From assembly GCF_000150275.1 (NCBI RefSeq), contig NW_002060949.1, positions 1,423,836 through 1,487,835 of the forward strand: a stretch of 64,000 nucleotides of DNA, written 5' to 3'. The position numbers were made by a program, and so were the translations under genes. The DNA is from Trichoplax adhaerens (Eukaryota > Animalia > Placozoa). How positions within the stretch are numbered: the stretch's first letter is position 1; the number at the start of each line of letters is the position of its first letter. Below are positions 17,853-37,956 of this stretch, piece by piece. Below the pieces are notes generated by a model, which was not told the DNA's origin, did not search any database, and saw nothing but the letters and a program-made list of their open reading frames with translations.

Positions 17853-18190
17853 AGCTGCAAAATATCAATAGAATAAAAGTCAAGATTAGTGTCCTGTATT
17901 GAAACTTTGACACCATATAATCCATCTAATATTGCTATACTGACTTGTTTTTACCGATGCCGATTTGATATCTGAAGAAGAAAAAACAGTATGGCGGTTG
18001 CAAGTTAATCGAACGCGATTGGAGCCGTAACAGTACAGTACGCTATTAAGCTTGTCCTGTGGCTACAGTGTACAGTACATTGGGCTGTACAAGTACTGTA
18101 CACTGTAGACAATTTTCACAATAGATTGTCACGTGTCTCATCGAGGGTCTCTACTGTACTGTACAGTGTACAGTACTGTAGGCAATGAAC

Positions 18191-18238
18191 TACTGTACTG
18201 TACTGTACTGTACTGTACTGTACTGTACTGTACTGTAC
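18191..18238. repeat. (TACTG)9 pentanucleotide microsatellite upstream of COX6C
   Basis: Perfect tandem array seen directly. Confidence 0.97.
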
Positions 18239-19307
18239 AAGAAGAAGACCCGGACCGGACTGATCACTGCCTCAGGCGGACGGACATTTTACCCAAATGT
18301 GGAGAAATGACTACGGTACTTAGCAATGCTAAAGGACCTTCCATGTCTGCTTTTTCTAAATCGCTGATATTAATTTAAAGAACATTTATGATCTTATATA
18401 ACTGTTTCCAAGCAGATAGTAACAGGTAATAAAGATTCAATGTAATATTGCTTAATTGAGAAAAATCAGTCCATTCAGTACTGCACTGTACAGTATTTTG
18501 ACAGCCCAGCTCGATTTTGTCAGCAGATGCAAATAGGACGGCATACTGTATGTACAGTAATATATAATAATAATATGACTGCACTTTACTGTACACTGTA
18601 ATAATAATTTTGATATATTCAGGTTTCAAGCAGAACTTTGTTTGGATTCAGTGGAATATTACTTAATTTAGAAAAGTATGCAAATTATGGAATCGAGCAT
18701 CGGCAAACTGACGCAATACTCGTAACTGATAACTTACAGTACTGTATTGCACACAGTTAGAATCTCTTACTGTTAGGCTTTTCTTATACTGTAGCTCAGA
18801 TTTTCATCAGGTGCAATTATGCAAAACACATTCACATATTAAAAGACGAGTACACAACAGTATTCATTTGCGTTTAATCCTTAAAAGTCTTAATATTAGA
18901 ATATAATTCGATCGCTATTAATACAGTTTCAGAAAATGCAAATTAACACTAAATGGCAGCAGGGCACATTTTAAGGAAATACTCCTACAATACGAATATG
19001 ACGGTGATAACCTATAATGTATATTGCAATTAGAATTGACGTATACAGTACATGGAGAACAGGTTTATAGTCCAGTGAATAGTGCCGTGATAGATCAGAT
19101 AGAAATATAATTTGACCCAATCTGCAGTATATTGATGTCTATCGAAATCATTCATAGATCGTTATAAAACAGAATTTTAAGAAAATAGCTCTCATTACTT
19201 AAAAATATAAAATTAACTAATTAATCCATTTGAACTGAATTCGAAAAGATTTAAAAAATAATTTTGCTTCAAGGAATGGTCAAGTACTCAAAGCAGTTTG
19301 AAACCTT

Positions 19308-22559
<3,252 letters not shown>

Positions 22560-22719
22560 TCAGGAAGAATCTGACTAAGTTACGATTCTCACGTTATTTT
22601 AATACCTCTAATTTTGACCCCTAGCTAAAAGCTCATTCAGTACAGTACCTGTGGATACCAAATGTGCGCCATAGTGACAGTGATTGATACAACAGCCTCA
22701 GCAGACGAGGACGGGAGGA

Positions 22720-22756
22720 ATGCAAATGCAAATGCAAATGTCGGATTATGACGTCA
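22720..22756. promoter_or_regulatory. Three overlapping octamer motifs (ATGCAAAT) plus a palindromic CRE (TGACGTCA) upstream of GALE-2
   Basis: ATGCAAAT at 22720, 22726 and 22732; TGACGTCA at 22749-22756; ~170-200 bp upstream of the ATG. Function is inferred only. Confidence 0.35.
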
Positions 22757-23746
22757 AAAGTTCACCTTTGACACTGCATCTGAATAGCACTTCAGAACCT
22801 ACTCTCTACAGTACAGTACTGTTCAACAGGCGTAAATCTAGGTCTATTTATTATGCAAACTGCACCGCATCAAAAAGAACCTCTTGACAATGCTCTCCCC
22901 TCCCAAAATTTCCACGAATTTTCAGCCATGCTGTAAAGAGAACTGGCTCCCACACGTACAGTGCTGTGCATACATACTGTACATACTATACCAGTGCCCA
23001 TTGCACAGTACCCTAATGTAAAAGTAAACAGTCATAGATTTTCGGAAGCATGGTACGGTGAGCCAAAAGGACCCCAAATTTGGGCTACTGCTGCATGGAC
23101 ACTGAGAACTCCCTATGCTTCGGATACGGAATAATGTACAGTACTGTACACTCGAAATAGAAGGTCTCTAGTACTGTGTACAGTACAGTACACGATGGAT
23201 TACAATACTGTACAGTACAGTGTACAACAGTCATTCGATCATGTGCATTCAGCACAGATATGCAGTTAGCAGTCAATAATAATTATAATCAAACATAGAC
23301 TGTATAATCAGTTTTATTGATGTATGTGTTATGGCCAGGTGGATTGGCTACTAATCCGTATTCAGAACTGCACTCCACTGCATTGATTATTTTTCAACGA
23401 CATTAAATCCTCATTATTATGAATATCGTAATCTATGAAAATTTCAAGATTTTTTCAAATTGACAGTGTTGTAATATCCAAAAAATACAGCGACGAAAGT
23501 ACTATAAATATGCATAATTAATCATTACTTGAATGCATATTAATCAATTAATTACTTATTATCTCTTTATATATTGTACTGTACGTGTATTGCCATTAAT
23601 TACTGTAGTAATCATAGAGATATAACATTTTAGGTTTTTTCTATGGTAACAATTATAATATACATATACATCGTATAATGCACAGTACAATACTACATTA
23701 ATACTGAGATTATATCTTACAGTATATACTGTAGTATACACTTTAA

Positions 23747-26700
23747 CTACGATATGATTACCCGGCTTTGTAGATGAGAATGAAGCGGCTTCACCCTTTG
23801 CTTACGCGATAATCCTAATCGAAGGGGTTTTGTAGACTGCCAAGGACGAAGTTTTGCTATATCATTTTGCTTATTCTCAATTATGCCTATTAAAAATCAT
23901 TATTGTTATACTGTGATGAGAGATTCAGTTTGTCGATTTTAAGTAAAGAAAACGTAAAATTATAGGACTGTTCACATATTTAATTATATTACAATACACG
24001 TATATGTAATTATACAATACATATATATATATATATGTACTCGTATAGCACCTTGTTGCGAGGAATGAAGGAAAGTTGGGGTTGCTCCTGGCGCCTAATA
24101 ATATAGTTATTAAATCCAGAAGTGATTTCAGTACGTCATTGACCATTCAGCAATCACAGCAATGATGCGCAATTTTATTGCAAAATTTTGAAATATAACG
24201 TTACTATTATGTTTTAGAATTGATTTTAAAGTAATCTATTTCATACGCATTTATAGTAAAGTACCTCTTTTATATTGGATACGGAGGACGTAGTTCGCTA
24301 ATTTCGTAATCAATTTTTTTATCTCTGTCATCTGCCTCAGTCCATTGACCCAAGAAACTAGGCGGCATTTCAAATGTCTTAGCCTTGTGTTCAAGAAGAT
24401 ATTCATCATCATTTTTCGAGCGTGCAGCGACTTGTTTATTGCGATTGCCACAAGGCGCAAGGCTGTAAATTTTATCAATAATTTTGGTATTAATTTCAAA
24501 TTTAGGATTAATTTGAGCATTTACTTTCAAAATTGCCAAACAATGACCAAGATGGCAGTATTGGATAATTTTATCGACATGACCATAGCATGTAGTGAAG
24601 AATTCTCTCTTTAAGTCCTGTACTAGTAGACGAGTAAATATCTCGCTCGATACGTATCGATTGTTCGCCTCTGCTTCATAAGTGAAATTCATAGAGCAAC
24701 TAAAATGATGGTCCTTTACTCTACTATCTGCTACCGATCGTGTATCTAATGTACGATTTAAAAATTGATTAATGTTAGTCACTATCAGTAATATGATACA
24801 ATAAATCTACTATGTTATCAGCACATCCTAGTATTTTGCTGCAAAGAAGTTGAAGCAACATTTACCAGCTGTGCTTAATTTCAGCTTCTTGTGATGAGAG
24901 CTAGGATGAGTGGCGAAGAGGCTAGCATTATCAACTTGTTTTCTTTTATGATTTAAGCAAGCAAACGTCGGACTGATTGTAGATTGATCAATGTAATCCT
25001 TTAAGTGATGTGTTATACTGGTAGCTCGATAATAGTTGGTTATCAGAGTACAGAGTAAATACAGTATCTTATCGTGATTCCATGTGTTAGTTGAGTTGGT
25101 TGGATATATATCATAGTTAGCACCATAAGAAGTAATCCAAATGTTAATCTTCTCTAGATTTAACCCACTGACTGTGTTTTGATATGTTGCAGTGATGACT
25201 TTATACTGCAAGAGATAATCATTAAATCTTTTAAATACAACATATTCAAAGTGACTTAGTTCTTGGAATGAAGCAGGAAGTAATACATGTCCGACATCGG
25301 AGAACTTATCATCCGGGACACTCCTCAGAGACTTCAAGGGATAATCTAGGCACTCCATAAAGGCTCTTGAGGAGCAATACATCCTCCTGTCGCTACTGAA
25401 TCTTATAATTTCAGAATTAGATGCATTTATTATTGACTGTGGAAGACTGAAACTGAGTTTGGTAGTAATAAACCGAAAAGGCCCATGATTATAACCGGCT
25501 TTAGTGAATGAGTTCTTTAGTTTAATAGCTATACAGGTTTTTGTTAATATCCGAGATTTTGTTCGTTTTCGCATAATCATAAAATGCTTGACGATATTTT
25601 TGCTACTGTTTCCATTGCGTCGTGCTATTGGTCTCATATTTTGGTGCTTATCAGATAGCGGTATAAGAGTTCTCATGCGTCTTAAACGAGCTTGATTCTT
25701 TGGATGCCATGCGAGTAGTATCTTACTTTTGAGATAGAGGCTGATATTTTCCCTTGAACTCTTGATGGTTACCAATACATTCGTTTGTAGAGTCTTCTTG
25801 CACCTTAAAAGAAAACAATTTACAACATGGTCATCAATTTAATAAAAGGGTTTAAAATAATGATGTTATAATTACAACATAATGTATGCTGTACTTATCA
25901 TCCGAAAGTGTAGCTACGCGACTTATTCCATTTCTTGATAGACATAAACTTATACTTAATAAATCTCTCAACGGATTCCATAGGATGTCATGTCGAATTC
26001 CTAATTTTATTAGTAAAAATTTTGAAGGATTTCTATATGATAAATAACTAAAGGTGGACTATACCACAAAAAGTTAACATTTTATCTGAATCTTTCAAAA
26101 CAGTTATCAATATACCTCTGATTTAAAAGCAACTTGAAATTAATAGAAGCATATGCTAGATGTCTATTTACCGTTAATAGTAACAGTCCCATCTGATGAA
26201 AACTGATGATTCCAACAAATTTTCTTAGAATTGCTGGATATAATGCTGAGCTCTTTCTTCGTATTATTATTTGCGTTACAAATGGAATTATCGGGTAGAT
26301 TATCTAATAAAAGATGTCCAAATTTTTTAATCCAACTGTTATGTAATGGCTAAATTAAAATATATTAGAATATTATATGCACATATAACTTTCATCTACA
26401 TATTGGATCTCATAAATGGCCTAGCTATTGCTGAAGAATGGGTTTAGGAATTAGGAAGGTGGAGGTCAAAATCTTGAGATAATAAATACTGCACTAATGT
26501 CACGATCAGGTGAAATCAGTAAGCCTAAAACTTGTTTAATTCTGTATACGCAGTTTGGCTCATCATGGTACGTACTAGTACAAATTTTAAGAGACTATTC
26601 AAAATTGAAACTTTATAAACGAAGAATTTTCATTGAATTTATTATTAAGATACGGTCTAAAATTGTATGTGTACCAAGTGTTGCTATTTTGAAGATACGA

Positions 26701-27375
26701 TTTAGATTGGAGCTATTCATATAAGAAGTTTCCCTGTATTGCTGACGGTACAACTTAAATTGTGTATACACAGAGGTAATTCGTTAGGATCCGTGATTAC
26801 CATTAAATGATCAGTTGTATTCTCACGAACAGGATTGAATTCATTCAAGTTTAAACTAATTATTCCGATATCTTATAGTGATTCTTTTGATGAGCTAAAT
26901 ATAATATGCTATCAAATAATATGATGACTAAAATAACTGAAAAATTATAATTATATAATCAATAAATCGACATTTAAATCTTTAGAGCCCACCTGTTATC
27001 TGACCTTCAATATTACTTTCCGTAGCGACAAGTATCAAAACTCGTATCCTTTTATTAGAGTAGGAATAGGAATAGGAATATCCACTAGAAAAAATGTATT
27101 ATTTCAAGATATTTTACTTTCTTTAATTTAAAGTTAAGCTATTTAAGATCATTTTATAAAGTTTTAAGTACATTTTCACTGTTGAATATATTTTAAATAT
27201 CGATTAAACGTTTATTCTAGGCTATCGAAGATAATTTGCCATAATTACTCCATAACCACTAAGCAAAATTATTGACGAAGTAGAATTTTGCAATTTTGAT
27301 CTTGATATTCTATATAAAATTGCCACTATTATTACATAATAGTCTGCTATACCTTATATTCTTAATGGATTTCAT
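23747..27375 (-). CDS. RAD51-associated-protein-like gene (RAD51AP2-like) with C-terminal RAD51-interacting motif; internal and 5' exon structure partly unresolved
   Basis: The last exon (~23747-23886) encodes NDIAKLRPWQSTKPLRLGLSRKQRVKPLHSHLQSRVIIS*. Upstream exons are ~24052-24094, ~24280-24781, 24866-25803 and ~25895-26000; the junctions among the last three are phase-compatible. The ATG at 27375 is tentative. Confidence 0.65.
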
Positions 27376-27406
27376 GATACTTGGTCGTTTTTTCTTTTCT
27401 TGTCTT

Positions 27407-28027
27407 TGAAAATATGAGTTCTGGTTGAGAATTAAAAATTCTTCACTGTAAGTTGAAAATTTTCACTGGTCTTTCTTGCATCCGTAGAAAATTTTCTTTG
27501 AGTTATTATAGTTTTGTCCAAAATTTTTCATTTCAACGTGATGCGATTCAATTCCTGAGGTGAAACAACTGCGACTGTAGGACATGGCGAATGAATCATA
27601 GCAGTCGTTGTGATGTTGATCACGTTCTACAGCACCACGATTTACCACGCAGTCGCTAACTACGACGACAATTTTAATCATGCTATGCTGAATGATCTGC
27701 TATGTCATTTAAAGATAGATTTACTCGGTTTCCTCGAAAACATAAGTTCTGGTTGGAAATTAAAAATTCTTCACTGTAAGTTGAAAATTTTCTCTGAGTT
27801 ATTATAGTCTTCTCCCAAATTTTTCATTTCAACGTGATGCGATTCAACTCCTGAGGTGAAACAACTGCGACTGTAGGACATGGCGAATGAATCATAGCAG
27901 TCGTTGTGATGTTGATCACGTTCTACAGTACCACGATTTACCACGCAGTCACTAACTACGACGACAATTTTAATCATGCTATGCTGAATGATCTGCTATG
28001 TAATTTAAGGATAGATTTACTCGGTTT
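27407..28027. repeat. Recent ~300-bp tandem duplication (two copies)
   Basis: 27407-27729 versus 27736-28027 are highly similar; one copy has a ~33-bp indel bounded by gaaaattttc direct repeats. Confidence 0.93.
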
Positions 28028-28930
28028 AAATACTGAATTATTCTATTTGCTGATAGTATGATTATATAGAATCGTCTGCTTTAAATGTATATGCTATAGT
28101 GATCTGTTATGTAATTAATTTTTAAGACGGATTTACCCAGTTCGCATTCTAGATTATTATGTTTGTTGTAGCATGTATAGGACATTGATTTTAAGAATAA
28201 CATACTGAAATGATCTACTATGTGGTTTTTAGAATAAATTGACTAGTTTACATGCTGAGTAATTACCAGTATTAATAGCACAATTATAGGATTGTTGGTT
28301 TTGAAGTGCTATACTGCAATGATCTGCGATGTAATTTTAGGATAGATTTATTGCGTTGCCGATAGCAATTATATGATTATCGATTTCAATAAAGCACGCT
28401 GAAGCTATCTACTGTACTATGTGATTTTAGAATACATTTACTACTTCACACGCTGAGCTATTACCTGTACCAATAGCACGATGATAGTATCGCTAACTTT
28501 AAACTTATATGCTAAAATGATCTGTTATAGAAATTTAGGATAGGTTTACTTACTTCACACACTGAATTATTATATTTATCGATGATACAATGATAGGATT
28601 ATCCATTTTAAATTGAAATGCTAAAATGATCTGCTGTATAATTTAAGGATAGATTTCCTCGATTCGTACACCATATCATTATTTTGATCCATAATATGAT
28701 ACAGGATTGTTGATTTTGCAATGACACACTAAAGTAACATACAGTACTATGTAATTTTTAGAATGGATTTTACTTAATTCACTTATTAGATTATTACGTT
28801 TACCTATAACATGATTATGAAACTGTCGATTTTAAAGTAGCATGTCAAAATATTGTACTATGCAAAGTTTTAACCTAAACGTAGGCAGCTTATATAACTG
28901 AATCATTACATTTTTGGATAGTATGATTTT
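27988..28930. repeat. Degenerate ~110-bp tandem repeat array (~9 units)
   Basis: A tgatctgctatgtaattt(a/t)aggatagatttac...ctgaattatt-like motif recurs at ~27988, 28099, 28209, 28319, 28400, 28516, 28625, 28735 and 28850. Confidence 0.8.
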
Positions 28931-30329
28931 TAGAATTTCTTTTTATTAATAAAACAGTTATCTACAAAAAGAATTCGTAATGTTAATAAGTTATGTTTCT
29001 GACATTTGTTTCCATGAAAGTAGAAACCTTTTACTGCACGTATCTTATCGTACAATAGTTACAATTTATATATATACAGATATTGTCATACCGTAGATAT
29101 CAGATTAGATATAATTTGAAGTCAATCTTGTATCTGCTTGCTTAATTGAGAATAGAGAGGAATAGATGGGTTCTGCAATTTCTACAGCGTTGTTAACATT
29201 GAACGTCATAAATATAGCAATATTTGACATGGAATAAAATGATATACTAAAGTAGCATTACAAGCAGGATAGTGTGTTATGTTAATAGAAGTTTAGATTT
29301 CATTTGTAAATACTTTGTAGTTTTAGGAATAGTTGTATCTCCTTGTTGTAATTATTGTTGTAGGATACCATATTTATTGTTCTGTTGTAATTGTATTACT
29401 CTAATTGTGTATTATACTGCGTTACGACTATACTTTATGCTGTATATTTATGGGATGTAATCCTTTTACGGACTAAATGTAGCGGTTATGTGTATATTAC
29501 GCATCTGTCAGTGCTCAGATATAGATATACAACTTATTGTTGGGATGTAATAGTAATACTAATAAAATATTATAAACTTTAACTTTTTTTACAATTTATA
29601 CCCAATTAAGACTTACAGTTATAAAGGTTTGAATACGAGTGTATCTAGGAAGGTAACTACCTAGGCTTCGATTTTAATGTGACGCACCAACATCTAGTAT
29701 TATGAATAAACATTTCTTGGCTGCTTTAAGATCTTTTCTTAAAATTTCAATGTATTTATTTATTAAATCTTATAGTAATAGTTGTGAAGATATTATCAGA
29801 TTATTGTTGAAACAGTATCGGTAATAATAATTTACAATACATGTGAGATAACAATTCGTCATAAATTATTTTAGCATCTACGCGTGAGGTGCTAAATCTT
29901 CTGATAACACAAATTTTAAATACTATTAATTTATTTCTTAATATTACTACAGAGTGATACAAATATTTGTTACCGACGAAATCGCTTAAGTACTTTAGGT
30001 CAACATAACTGAAACCAATTACTAAGTATATTTTGTCAATATCGAACGGAGTAAAATTCTATAATTACGAAAGTAATTACAGTTAAAATGTTACTTGCAA
30101 AACATAGTACCAATGTGGAGTTATATTAAAGATACCTTTTTAAGGTATAAAATGACATTTAGGAGTATACGTTCACAATATTAATCTATCATCTCATGAT
30201 ATATAATCGTATCACTCACTAATATTATAGCATCGTATTATCATAACATATCCGCTATTTAGTTTAAGCAAGTATTACGCAAAGATATGATGGTAGCGTA
30301 GCAGTAGTATGATAGCTTAATAGTATCAT

Positions 30330-33584
<3,255 letters not shown>

Positions 33585-33794
33585 TTGTATGCGTGTGCGT
33601 GAGTTGTTGTTGTTGTTGTTGTTATGGGAACGTGAATGAAAGTAAGAATATGGACTGTCGTAGAGATCTTGAGAATAAGGTAAGAAAGAAGTGAGAGTAA
33701 AGGATTAAAACTGGTCAGGGTTTTGGAGAACTTGTATGGCAAGTTTTTGGGAAAATGAAGAATTGATTGAAGGATTCATCGTCTTGGCGGGATA

Positions 33795-33839
33795 TTATAT
33801 AGAGTTTGGATGATTCACTAGAAATTTCCAGTTGCTTCC
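33795..33839 (-). promoter_or_regulatory. HSP70-1 TATA box and gapped heat-shock element
   Basis: TATATAA on the minus strand at 33795-33801; aGAAatTTCc-(5 bp)-cTTCc at 33820-33839 fits nGAAnnTTCn phasing. Confidence 0.7.
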
Positions 33840-33889
33840 ATAAGTACTTGCGCTGCGCAGCTAACGCATCACAATAGAGGCGCGATCTT

Positions 33890-35210
33890 TCGCAGTACTT
33901 TACAATATACAGCACTGTATGTACACTGTACAGTAGGGAAGTAACGAAATCCAGGGAAGACATTACAGTACTTTATATCCGACTTGGGAATGACAGCAGT
34001 GTACTGTACTGTACTGTACAGTATCGTGCAGTACAATACAGTGTACAGTACATACTGTAGAGTACACAAAGCTTCGAGCACAAACGGGAAAGTGCTGGAA
34101 CATGTCTTGCAACTTGCAGCAGTAGCAGCAAGAGTGACCACTGACCGACTACTGCTAGCTCTTCCAGATAGAGATACATTGTATTGTACTGTACAATGGA
34201 CAGTACTGTACTGTACTGTACTGTACTACTGCTATACAGTACTGTACTGTACTGTATATAGTACTGTACGACCGACAGTACTGTACACTGTACACTGTAT
34301 AGTACTGTACTGTATAGTGAGCGTATCGTTGCAGATAGGCTATACGCTTGAAATGATTATTCAAATCAATCAATCAATAAAATAAAATAAAATAATCAGC
34401 CTCCACCCTATTGGTATAGCAAATGGCAGTTTTCCGTCCCTCTCTGCCCTTCTTTCTGCTTTTTAACTGCTATACAGTACCAAGTCCAGGGAAGATTTTG
34501 AAGGAAACCTGCAGGTGATACAGCCGTCCTATCATCATGATACAGTATTGTTGTCATCCAAAATGACGTCATAGTTTAGATCGATCGATCACAAAGAGAG
34601 GACAATCAAGTAAGTTATCAGCCAAAGTAGTCCGTAATATCCAGTACTAGTACTGTCATATACGGCACCTTACTAGATATCACTATAGACTAGTCAATAC
34701 TCTACTTTAAAAGTAGCAGCAGTACTGTACTGTACAGCAGAATTTTTTAAACCTGTCTTCAGTTTCATCTACCATGCAATCTAAGCTTTCGAATGGTATC
34801 AGTTTTATTGATGTTTTATTTTAATTAACCGCAAAAAAGTGTTCTTTTTTGCGCGGGGATAATTCTTGGACACGCTGGATATGCGTTTGCCGACTGCCCG
34901 CAAAATGAGTGGATTCAATCTACAGTGTACAGTACGGTACGTACTGTAATGCAGTACTGTACTGTACTGTACTGTACAGTACAGTATAGCAGAGTACAGT
35001 ACATCGTACTGTACTCTACTGTCCAAAGAAAAAGTGTACGGTACAGTATATTGTACATCGGTAATACTGTACAAGGTACTACTGTACTGTATTACTACTA
35101 CAGTACATCTGTATTACTGAGCTCTGCTACTCACCTTTGTACACACTGTACTAGAAGAGGATATGCGACCAGAAAATTCTGTCCTCCTACTGCTGCTAGT
35201 ACAGTAAATT
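33890..35210. repeat. TACTG/CAGTA low-complexity island in the divergent HSP70-1/XKR intergenic region
   Basis: Dense interleaved tactg/cagta/gtac pentamers at 33890-34320 and 34720-35210. Confidence 0.9.
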
Positions 35211-35417
35211 GAATTGAAAACTTATTTTGTTTTTAAATGCAAATTTTAGCTTTAAATCATAACATTATAATTAGATTATAATTCCACATTCTATCATGAA
35301 ATAATAGCATCAATGATAGATTTTACTGTTCATTACTTTCGATCATTCATTTTGGACTAAATAGTGATAACATTATTGGAAAAGTTGTGTACGCTAGACA
35401 TCAATCAGCAAAGTGTG

Positions 35418-37956
35418 ATGATTCGATCAAGTCAAATTCCTAAGCAAGATGGAACTTACCGAGTGGATGGCATATTCAAATCTGCCCAAACCATTAAAAT
35501 CGAGAATGGCCAGCGAACCATCTCCTATCGATTCTCCTTAATGCGCTTAGTTAGGCTAATCATATCCATCTTACTGTTTACATTAGATTACGTTACGGAT
35601 ATCGTTGTAGCCATCAGATATTATCAAGATGGTGATACTATCTGGTTTATAATGATTATTGTCATGATGTGCTGCAGTGCCGTTACTGTGCAAATCTTTT
35701 CCATCATGTGGAGTACTAGCTGTTGTGATAAAACGAAAAGGGCAAGTCATAATGGTGGTCCATACTTCTACATTAGCCACTTTTTCTGTTTGAGTCAAGT
35801 GCAAAGGTAAGACTTACCACTAAAATACTAGTATGCGGATACTTCATACCGTACTCTATTGCACAATCGAATCAATCGGATATAGTGGTACTGTACATAC
35901 TCTACTTTATGTCATGTCATTCTTGATCAATTTTTATCAATTTTACCTATGAATTTATAAAAGTACAATATCAATACGTAGTATCATGCGATCACTTTTG
36001 TAGTACAGTAGTGATAATTTAGAGACTTTCAATTTGCGCTCATAAAAGGCTCTTAGTACACTCATGCCTTCCAAATTTAGTCATCGACTGTACGAGATTA
36101 TATGCGAGTAATACGTATGTTTATTTTCTATTCTCTGTCAGTATGCTAGTAGCTAGCTTACAATATGAGCTTAGATAGAAGAGCAGTATAGTAGTAAGTA
36201 ATTGAGTGACGACGCTAGCTAGAAGACGGGTTCTATACGCTTATATAGTAGGCTAATAAGTCTCTGCTTAGCGTCTTTAGGTGATACTACACGACTAGCT
36301 AGAGGTGATGCAAAATGTACTATTCATCGACATTGCTTGTTGTGACAAGTTTCGTAATATCACGGATTACCGAACTATGAATTATTCACGTTTAACCTGC
36401 TAAATCATAGCATTGGTCAAATATACAGTAATTAATTCATTCTGTTCCTACTATTTCTGATGTAATTACTCTGATATCCCCGTTGTCAATGCTATAATTG
36501 ATATTATACCAGTATGACAAGATGTGGAGCTCGAACAAATTATACTAAATATGAAACTAACTTAGCAATTGCTTTTATATAATTTTATTATCTTTTAGGA
36601 AAATATATATTTTCTACAAAGGTATGAAGAATCATACAGAGCGCCAGCATATCTCATATCTGTACGACCTACATGACGCTTATCTGATGGATTTAGTTGA
36701 ATCATTTATCGAATCAGCTCCGCAAGTAGTGTTACAGATGTATATCTTATTAAATAAAGAAAAATCTGACTTTATTACAACCTTATCAGTCCTAATTTCT
36801 GGAGTAGCAGTAGCTGTAAGTTTAGTACAATACAGCAAGACTCTACATGAAGCACACTACCCTCCCAAACAAAGATTATCCTTGCCAGGTACGTTCAGTC
36901 AAATTACCTCCAACTATAGTATTAAATATATCAACTACATTCAGTGCTATGACATGCTCATCTAATAATCATGTCGATAGGTTGTTTATTAATTCATTTA
37001 TTTATTTTTATACTTTAAATTTTAATGCCATAAAATAATATATTTCAGGAATAATGATGATATTTATATGGAGGTATTTATTCATCCTATGCCGTTCCGT
37101 GTTCCTTGGCCTTTTTGCCGTTGTATTTACCTACTTTGTTTTTGTGTTAATGGGTTGCCATTGGCTATTCTTTACTTTCTATCTGTGGTATACCGAGAAT
37201 GGTAAGGAGCAATTTCCTGAGTCAGCACTGAAAAGAATTATATACTGCGTTATTGGTGGATTTATTTATATTTTCTGCGTATTTAACTTGAAGAATGGTA
37301 AGAGGGAAAATCAGGCTTTCACTACTGTACAAATTTCGTTTATAAGTTTTAATTGATGTATAAATCAGTTTATAAAGTAGCAACTACTATGCGAATATAA
37401 AGTGTATATCAATACCTTTCTACTTTTCTTAGGTAAATCGCGCTCACGCTACATATTGTATTATATAATTACAATCTTGGAAATGGCTGTCGCTATGACG
37501 ATATGGTTACTAACGCAACAATTAACTCAGATGCGCATGTTTGCCCTCCTCGTTATCATTGGTGGATATTTCTTTGGTTTTTTAAGCATGATATCATATT
37601 ATGCATGCTTTCACCCGAATAGGCTTAACTATCTTCCTGACAAGCTCCAAGAATTATCAACTACTCAGTATTATTTCAGGGGTATTCGCGAAGTTAGTAC
37701 TATACAGCATGCAAATCGACCAACCAATAACCAGTTTACCTTTAAGCAACCAAAACCGAATGTTGACGTAAGTCAACCAGACATACCGAGACCAATGGAT
37801 GATTTGCCTTTTCAAAGTGATGATAATGTGGTTGCTATTGAGGAGCCACGTACGGAATCAGATAATGTCCGCATTAAAGGCGATAAGGCTGATGATATAG
37901 ATGGAGAAAATGTTATACTAGGGACAAGGAAAATTCCAAAAGAATCAACAATTTAA
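35418..37956 (+). CDS. XKR: XK-related protein (XKR-family phospholipid scramblase), 4 exons
   Basis: Exons 35418-35806, 36599-36888, 37049-37297, 37433-37956. XK motifs DYVTDIVVA..YY, LVESFIESAPQVVLQMYIL, WRYLFILCR, RYILYY and YYACFHP; multiple TM segments. Confidence 0.92.

Noticed and set aside
27463-27465. In-frame TGA as selenocysteine or readthrough codon
   Set aside because: No SECIS or selenoprotein homology is recognisable, and the duplicate copy does not preserve the frame.
27500-27680. snRNA candidate (minus-strand AAUUUUGG Sm-like site after a structured core)
   Set aside because: No match to the conserved motifs of U1/U2/U4/U5/U11/U12/U4atac that I can recognise.
34098-34107. 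p53 half-site GAACATGTCT (GAACTTGTCT in copy 2) upstream of HSP70
   Set aside because: Only one good half-site; the adjacent half is poor, so chance occurrence is likely.
33869-35212. Many short ORFs rich in Y/C/T/V/L/S/Q (also at 6109-6579, 7181-7505, 18133-18378, 23085-23276, 44029-44418)
   Set aside because: They are translation artefacts of TACTG/CAGTA repeats, which lack stop codons in most frames.
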